This document shows positions 52,601 to 61,600 of a stretch of DNA of 64,000 bases, one piece after another. The notes under the pieces were generated by a model. That model was not told the origin of the DNA, made no database searches, and saw nothing but the letters and a program-made list of their open reading frames with translations. The stretch is from NCBI RefSeq assembly GCF_963921235.1, contig NC_086102.1, forward strand, positions 161,386,001 through 161,450,000, given 5' to 3'. Origin of the DNA: Mobula hypostoma. Lineage: Eukaryota. Positions within the stretch are counted from its first letter, which is position 1; each line of letters opens with the position of its first letter. The position numbers and the translations under genes are program-made.

Positions 52601-55600
52601 CTTCCCTAGATTCCATGCCTTCTGACTTTCTGAATAAACCTATGTGGAACCTTGTCAAATGCCTTACTAAAATCCATGTAGATCACATCCACTGCACTAC
52701 CCTCATCAATATGCCTGGTCACCTCCTCAAAGAACGCTATCAGGCTTGTTAGACACAATCTGTCTTTCACAAAGCCATGCTGACTGTCTCTGATCAGACC
52801 ATGATTCTCTAGATGCCCAGAGATCCTATCTCTAAGAATCTTTTCCAACAGCTTTCTCACCACATATATAAGGCTCACTGGTCTATAATTACCCGGACTA
52901 TCCCTACTACCTTTTCTGAACAAGGGGACAACATTCGCCTCCCTCCAATCCTCCAGTACCATTCCTGTGGACAACGAGGACATAAAGATCCCAGCCAGAA
53001 GCTCAGCAATCTCTTCCCTCACCTCGTGGAGCAGCCTGGGGAATATTCCATCAGGCCCTGGGGACTTATCCATCCTAATGTATTTTAACAACTCCAACAC
53101 CTCCTCTCCCTTAATATCAACATGCTCCAGAACATCAATCTCACTCATATTGTCCTCACCATCATCAAGTTCCCTCTCATTGGTGAATACCAAAGAGAAG
53201 TATTCATTGAGGACCTCGCTCACTTCCACAGCCTCCAGGCACATCTACCCACCTTTTTCTCTAATTGGTCTTACCTTCACTCCTGTCATCCTTTTTTTCT
53301 TCACATAATTGAAGAATGCCTTGGGGTTTTCCTTTACCCTACTGGCCAAGGCCTTCTCATGCCCCCTTCTTGCTCTTCTCAGCTCCTTCTTAAGCTCCTT
53401 TCTTGCTTTCCTATATTCCTCAATAGACCCATCTGACCCTTGCTTCCTAAACTTCATGTATGCTGCCTTCTTCCTCCTGACGAGATTTTCCACCTCACTT
53501 GTCACTCATGGTTCCTTCACCCTACCATTCTTTATCTTCCTCACCGGGACAAATTCATCCCTAACATCCTGCAAGAGATCTCTAAACATCGACCACATGT
53601 CCATAGTACAATTCCCTGCAAAAACATCATCCCAATTCATACCCGCAAGTTTTAGCCTTATAGCCTCATAATTTGCCCTTCCCCAATTAAAAATTTTCCT
53701 GTTCTGTCTGATTCTATCCTTTTCCATGATAATGCTAAAGGCCAGGGAGCAGTGGTCGCTGTCCCCCAGATGCTCACCCACTGAGAGATCTGTGACCTGA
53801 CCCAGTTCATTACCTAGTACTAGATCTAGTATGGCATTCCCCCAGTCGGCCTGTCCACATACTGTGACAGGAATCCGTCCTGGACACACTTAACAAACTC
53901 TGCCCCATCTAAACCCTTGGAACTAATCAGGTGCCAATCAATATTAGGAAAGTTAAAGTCACCCATGATAACAACCCTGTTATTTTTGCACCTTTCCAAA
54001 ACCTGCCTCCCAATCTGCTCCTCTGTATCTCTGCTGCTAGCAGGGGGCCTATAGAATACTCCCAATAGAGTAACTGCTCCCTTCCTGTTCCTGACTTCCA
54101 CCCGTACTGACTCAAAAGAGGATTCTGCTACATTACCCACCCTTTCTGTAGCTGTAATAGTATCCCTGACCAATAATGCCACCCCTCCTCCCCTTTTTCC
54201 GCCCTCTCTATCCCTTTTAAAGCACTGAAATCCAGGAATATTGAGAATCCATTCCTGCCCTGGTGCCAGCCAAGTCTCTGTAATGGCCACTACATCATAA
54301 TTCCATGTACGTATCCAAGCTCTCAGTTCATCACCTTTGTTCCTGATGCTTCTTGCATTGAGGTACACACATTTCAGCCCTTCTACCTTGCTGTCTTTAC
54401 ACCGTATATTCTGCTTCTCTTTCCTCAAAGCCTCTCCATATGTTTGATCTGGCTTTATTCCATGCACCTCTTTCACTGCTCTATCGCTCTGGGTCCCATC
54501 CCCCTTGCAAATTAGTTTAATATAGTGTTGACATTTTAATATCTGCTTTCATGTTGCCTTGCATAGTTATTACTTTGTTACTTTTACAATAAAATATTTA
54601 TGTTTACATTTTTAGAGCCTAGGGTTGCACCCCGCTTTGACAAAAGACTAGAACCAGTAGAAGTTACAACAGGGGAAAGTGTGGATCTTGAATGCCATTT
54701 AACTGGATCTTTCCCAATTAAAGTTACTTGGCTGAAGGATGGCAAAGAGATTCGATCTGGTGGCAATTACAACATAACTTATGTAGAAAATACACCCCAC
54801 CTGATCATTCTGAAAGCAGACAAAGGAGATGTTGGTCAATACATTTGTGAGGCCAGCAATGATATTGGAAAGGATTCATGCAAAACTGAAGTGACTGTGA
54901 AAGGTACTGATCAATAATAATTACAAATCTTTGCTCTCTGTTATATCTTGTGAGCCTAGATGTTAGTAATTATAGAAGAAATCTTTTAAATATTTAAAAA
55001 TGAATGTGAGTTGTAAGAATCCAGGTTTGATTAGTTTCAAAAGATACTTCTTTAACATCTGCAGTGTGATTCTTAATGGTTACTTGGTCAATTTTTTTTT
55101 GCTATCCTGTGCATGTGCATTTCTTATTTTGATTTTCCTAACCATCTTTGGGTTGGAGCTTTTCTTGCTATAATAGTTGGCATTGCTTTTGTAGCTAATA
55201 GGTTTATTCAATATCCAGATATAGGTTAACTATTAATAAAATTGAATTAGGAAAAAAAATGAAAAGATCCAAACAAGGTAACAAAAATGCATAAACACCA
55301 ATAAATAAAAATATCAAAATAATACAAAAACAAAACTAAAGAGTAATACATTCCTCCCCAAGTTCTGCTCTACAATCCCTATGAAAATCAACAAGCTGCC
55401 AGAATTTCCACCAAATATGACTTTGTACATGATCCAGGAGGCAACTTCCTCAGCTTAAAGGTGACCAGAATCCTGTGGTGTAGTGACTAGAAGCCTTAGC
55501 TAAAGTTAGCATGCTTCACGACAACTGGTTGTTTATCACTTTCATAGTGCTACTTCTGTCGGTTACAGATCGTAAAATTCCACCAAGCTTTACTAAAAAG

Positions 55601-58600
55601 CCTCTTGAAACAATACACGAAGTAGAAAGAAAACCTATAAAACTTGAAGCTCGTGTTTCTGGTTCACAACCATTATCTGTAACCTGGTTCAAAAATGAGC
55701 AAGAGATATTGCAAACTGAAAACTATGAGCTATCATTTAAACACAACGTCGTAATGTTGAACATTAAAAAAGCACAGCATGCTGATTCTGGTGTGTATAC
55801 ATGTGAAGCATCCAATGAAGTAGGCACTGCACAGTTTAACGTCTCTGTTTCAATCGAAGGTTAGTAATGCTATTAGTGATTACAATGGGTATTATTTTAT
55901 TATTCTGTTACTTGCTGTCAAATGAGTTAACCAATGACTTAACATAGAGAATGTTCTGTGTACAATCAGTCCTCATTATTAATATATTCACTTTCACTTA
56001 CTTGTGAAGTTGTCCCCAGTCCCTATCTTGAACTTCTTTGGACAAGTATTTCTATAACCATATACATGCTGAGGTACTAATCATTATCTCTATAAACATA
56101 GTGATCAGTTTTCATACTGCTTGGGTCAAGTGGTTCCCTGCTGTTTGCTGTTGCAGTCAAGAATAGCCTCAGGCTTACATAGCTGTTCCCTATGATTTCA
56201 GAACTGATCTCTGCATTCAAGTATAAATGCATTCATTTAAACTAATACTGTTACCTTATAGGTATTTTTTAAAAACTGTAATACTTAAGGGACTATTTTA
56301 TGATTATTTGGACGGTCATAGGGTACAAAAGACAGTGTCTAAGTGGTGTTCATTTTATCTGGTGTATGCGGGAAGCCCCTGTCTCTTGTGGATAATGAAG
56401 AAGGAGTTGGTGTAGAAATTTTTACTATTTATTTTTCATAATATGGCATTACTTGTATCTTCTTCACTTATTGCGAAGGTGGTGTTGAGCCACCTTCTTG
56501 ATCAGCTAATGTTCTCCTAGGGAAGATGTACACACACGTTTTCAATGGGAAGTCAAGAAAATAGATCTTGTGACAATCAATGAGCAGCAATATATTTACA
56601 AACCAGAGTATTAAGTAGATGAGCTTGCAAGTGGTTGTGTTCCAAATGTCCACAACACGCTGGAGAAACTCAGCAGGTCGGGCAGCATCCGTGGAAACGA
56701 TCAGTCAACCTTTCGGGCCGGAACCCTTCGTGACAAAAGGTTCTGGCCCGAAACGTTGACTGATCGTTTCCACGGTTGCTGCCCGATCTGCTGAGTTCCT
56801 CCAGCGTGTTGTCAGTGTTGCTTTGACCCCAGCATCTGTAGATTATTTTGTGTTTGTGTTCCAAAAGTGCTTTCTTAGTGATAGAAGTAAGAGATGCTGT
56901 CAGAGAGACAAGTAAATGAAGTACATTGTGCAGCCATGGCACACAGAAAATTGAGGAATGGATGTTTAAAGTGGTTTACAGTTGCAAATATGGTGCCAGT
57001 TAAATTAGTTGCTTTGTCAGGCTTCTCAAGTATTGTTTCATGCTGAGAGTGTTGGTATGTAGAGTAATCTTGGTTTCTTTGCGGATGAATCACTGAAATT
57101 TAATATGTACATGGGGAAGCAAGTAGGAAGTCTGAATTGTCTTCTCAATCTGTAATGGTTTATTTTGCAGAACATAAAATGGCACCTTATTTCATCAGGA
57201 AAATTAAGAATATGGAAGTATCTCTTGGTTTACCAGTGACCTTTGAATGTTGCACTGCTGGTTCTGCTCCTATTAAAATATCTTGGTTTAAAGATGGTGT
57301 AAAATTACTCCCTGGAGAAAACTTAATTATATCTTTCATGGAGAATGTAGCAACTCTTAAAATTCTTAAAACTAAGATGAATCATGCTGGTGAATACACT
57401 TGCAAAGCTTCCAACGAAGTTGGAGTTGTTTCATGTAGTTCAAAACTAGTTCTTATAGGTATGTTGGATTGAATATTTACCTTATTTTTTCTTTAATAAT
57501 GTTTTGATCTATAATTGATATATGTTGTTACTTTACAATTGATAGTTCTATAATAGAGTTGTTGTAATTATTGTATTAATTATTATAATGTTTTCAGAGT
57601 CCAGAGTTGCTCCTCTATTTGACAAAAAACTGGAGTCAGTGGAGGTAACAACCGGACAAACTGTGGACTTTGAGTGTCACTTAATTGGCTCTCCACCAAT
57701 TAAAGTTACTTGGCTGAAGGATAGCAAAGAGATTCGATCGGGTGGAAATTACAAGATAACTTATGTGGAAAGTACACCCCGTCTGATTATTCTGAAAGCA
57801 GACAAAGGAGATATTGGTCAATACATTTGTGAGGCCAGCAATGATATTGGAAAGGATTCATGCAAAACTGAAGTTATTGTGAAAGGTATTGATTAATAGC
57901 AGTTATAATCTTAACTCTCTCATGCATCTAATGAGCCTAGACTTCAACAATTTCAAAACTGAATGTTTATTTTTGCACTTCAAAATGATTCTGACAAGTC
58001 ATTTGATCATTTCTGTTATATTTTTATCTGTGTTTCTCATTATTATAATATTTTAAAATGGCTTAACACTGATCATTAGTTCTCTATTTTTGTGCACATC
58101 AATCTCTCCTTTTCCTGAAGCATATATTTAACTTTGAAGACCCAAAGAATGTGAACACCATTTAACAAGAATAAGGCTGAACTTTTACAACAACTCCATT
58201 TTCCTGTATTTTCCCTTGTTTACTATGATCTGTAAACAATACTCTGTAATTCTTAGTCTTGAATATATTTAGATCAGTTAGTGTCTACATTTCATTCATG
58301 GAAAAATAATATTATTGAAGAAATTAAAAATAGCTATGTGTCTGATCAAACAATCTGGTTTCCTACTTAAATTGCTGTTGCTTTTATCTTGTCCAATGGA
58401 AAGGCTCCGTCCTAATAACTTTCCACATCCCTGGAGTTCAGCAACATTTCTATCAGGTCATGCAAAATAGAGGCCCTTTCCTGGAAACTTTCCGATGATT
58501 GGCAAAGTTGGGGACAGGGCTTTGCTAACTGTAGTAGTCGCCAATAGTTTTATTAGTTTTTAATTGCATAATATTCAAAGGTAGTTTAAAAACTATAAAA

Positions 58601-61600
58601 ATTAAGGCAAATAATAAATTAAATAGAACTACTTGAAAAAAAATGTTGCTTAAAGCACGTAACAATTAAAAGCAAGTCAAAGCAAACAAAATTAACTATG
58701 TAAAACTATTGCTCTGCAATTCCCATTAAAGTAAGCGTGGCCACAAATCTTTCAGAAATTTTGTCAAACGTACCACTGCCTCTGTGTACTACAATGAACT
58801 AACAGTAAGTCCATGTGAGTACGGCAAAAATTACCAATTAATCAAGTTGAAACCATCATTAAAAGTCAGCCTGCCTCAAGCCAATTGAAAGTATGTGATA
58901 TTTATATTGTTACTCCTTTCTAATGCAGATCATAAAATTCCACCAAACTTTACTAAAAAACCTCTTGAAACAATTCATGAAACAGAAGGAAAATCTATAA
59001 AACTTGAAGCTCATGTTTCTGGTTCACAACCATTATCCGTAACCTGGTTCAAAGATGAGCAAGAGATCTTGCAAACTGAAAACTATGAGCTATCATTTAA
59101 AAACAATGTCATAATGTTGAACATTAAAAAAGTACAGCTTGCTGATTCTGGTGTGTATACATGTGAAGCATCCAATGAAGTAGGCACTGCAAGGCTTAAT
59201 GTATCTCTGCTGATCAAAGGTAAGTGAAGGGTAATGATGATTGTATGGAGTGCAAATTCTCCTCTTTCTTCAGTCGCATTTATTGGTAATTTTTTAGAAG
59301 TGTTATTAGAACTATATTTGTTTAAAGTACAAATACCAAAAGGAAATTAAAGATAGTATCAAATAAAATGAAGAACCTAATAAAGTTGTCAGAGATTGCA
59401 GTACATTATAAGATGGCAAGCATTTAGAACTCAGTGCAAGTAAGCCAAGAAATTGATAAAGGCAAGATGGAATATTAGAGTAGACTATTAAGAAACATAA
59501 AAATTGAGTAATTCATTATTGTAATCTTCAATAGGCATTTTAAAATCCTTATTGTTATAAACTCTTCTTGTCAGCATATCATTTTGATGGTATCTTTTTT
59601 CATGATTATACATTAGTTAAAATCCAACAATTATTTCCCATCTCTAATAGCCCTTTATATGGTGGTAGTAAGCCACCTTCTTGAACATGCCATGGATTCC
59701 CAGGAAAGCAGCTCACAATGCCATTGAGAAGGGAATTCCATGATTTAGACCCATTTGTGATGACAATGATATCTTTCCAAGTCAGAGTATTGTGTGATTT
59801 AGAGAGGAACCTGTAGATGCCATGTGCTTTCTTGGCATTGAGTTCGTAGCTTTTACAGGTCCTATCAAAGTTGCCTGGGCAATTGATTTCAGTGTACTTT
59901 GTAAATGGCATATACTGTAGCCATGGTGCGCAGGTACTGATTGCAGGAAATGTTTTGAGTGGCTTAGAGTGGTTGCCTTGTGTATGAACGACTAAAAGTT
60001 AACTTGTCAGTATGGCATGCAAGTAGGGTATCAAATGATCTTATTTTCATAACATTTTATTTTACAGAACATAAAATTCCACCTTCTTTCTTAAGAACAA
60101 TGGAGAATATTGAAATGACTGTTGGCTTACCAATCACATTTGCATGTCATACTGCTGGTTCAGCTCCTATTGTAACTGCTTGGTTTAAAGATGGTGTAAA
60201 ATTAATTCCTGGAGAAAATTTAATTATATCATTTATAGAGAATGTAGCATCTCTTAAAATTCTTAAAACTGAATTGAAGCATGCTGGTGAATACACTTGC
60301 AAAGCTTCCAACATAGCGGGAGATATTTCATGTCATTCAACACTGTCTCTCAAAGGTACAGTATATTGAGTTATATTTACTAATTCAGCTTCTTTCCTTA
60401 ATTAATAATTACCTTTTATAGTATTAGGACTTTAGTATCTACTTTCATCAATCAGTACTAAACGTTATTACTTTGCTGTTGATGCATTTATAATAGAGTG
60501 CAATTCTTGTTATGGTTTCAGAGTCTAGAGTTGCTCCTCTATTTGACAAAAAACTAGAACCAGTGGAAGTTACTGTTGGAAAAACTGTGGATCTCGAGTG
60601 CCACTTAATTGGGTCTTCCCCAATTAAAGTTAGATGGCTGAAGGATGACAGAGAGATTCATTCGGGTGGCAATTATAAGATAACTTTTGTGGAAAATACA
60701 CTGCATCTGATTATTCTGAAAGCAGACAAAGGAGATGTTGGTCAATACATTTGTGAGGCCAGCAATGATATTGGAAAGGATTCATGCAAAGCTGAAGTGA
60801 TTGTGAAAGGTTATTGTTCAATAACAATTATAATTCTTTATTCGTTGACGTATGATATGTGTCTGGGCTTTATTTATTATGGGGAAAATGTTCACACCTT
60901 TTAACAATGATTTTTATTTGTTGTGCTACCATTCAACAAGAATAAGGCTGAACTTTCATATCAGCTGCAATTCCCTCCACTTTCCCATTTCTCTTCTTCC
61001 CAATTGTGCTCAAAATCCTGTAGATCTTAATACAGAATATATTTAGTGTCTTGAGCAATTGCTTTTTGCTCAGTGGAGATTAATATCACTGAAGATATAT
61101 AAAAAAATTTATGGACCATATCATACTTGAATCACTGCCAGTAGTCTGTCTGACCACCTTATTGGCACTCATTGCTGAGGCTCTAACTTATTAATCTTCC
61201 ACATTCTGGAATGCAGCAATATTTTATCAGGTGTTGCAGAAAAGATACCCTGCCCTCAAAACTTCCTGGTAGTTAGCAAAACTGGAGATGAAGCTCTTGA
61301 AATTATTTCTTCATGTAAATAATTAAATGTGCAACAAAATTATTTTTGAATCAAGACAAATAGAATGAACTAAAATACACAAAAATAGTTTAAAATAATT
61401 AAAAACCGCAAAGCAAACACAAAATTAAGAAGTAAGACATTTCCATTGGCCTTCTAAAATGTACACAGATCAAACCCTTTGATGTCAATGGGGTCTCAGA
61501 TTTTACTCCAGGCTTGATCCTAGTGTATAATCCAAGGAGCAATTTGCTCAGTTTAATGTTCTGGTCTGCTGCAGAATTCCAGTTGAATTGAAATTTTAAA

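Noticed and set aside
51526-54525. ATATAG as TSD of the 3-kb CR1
   Set aside because: Only 6 bp, AT-rich and overlapping the element's repeat tail, so it could be chance.
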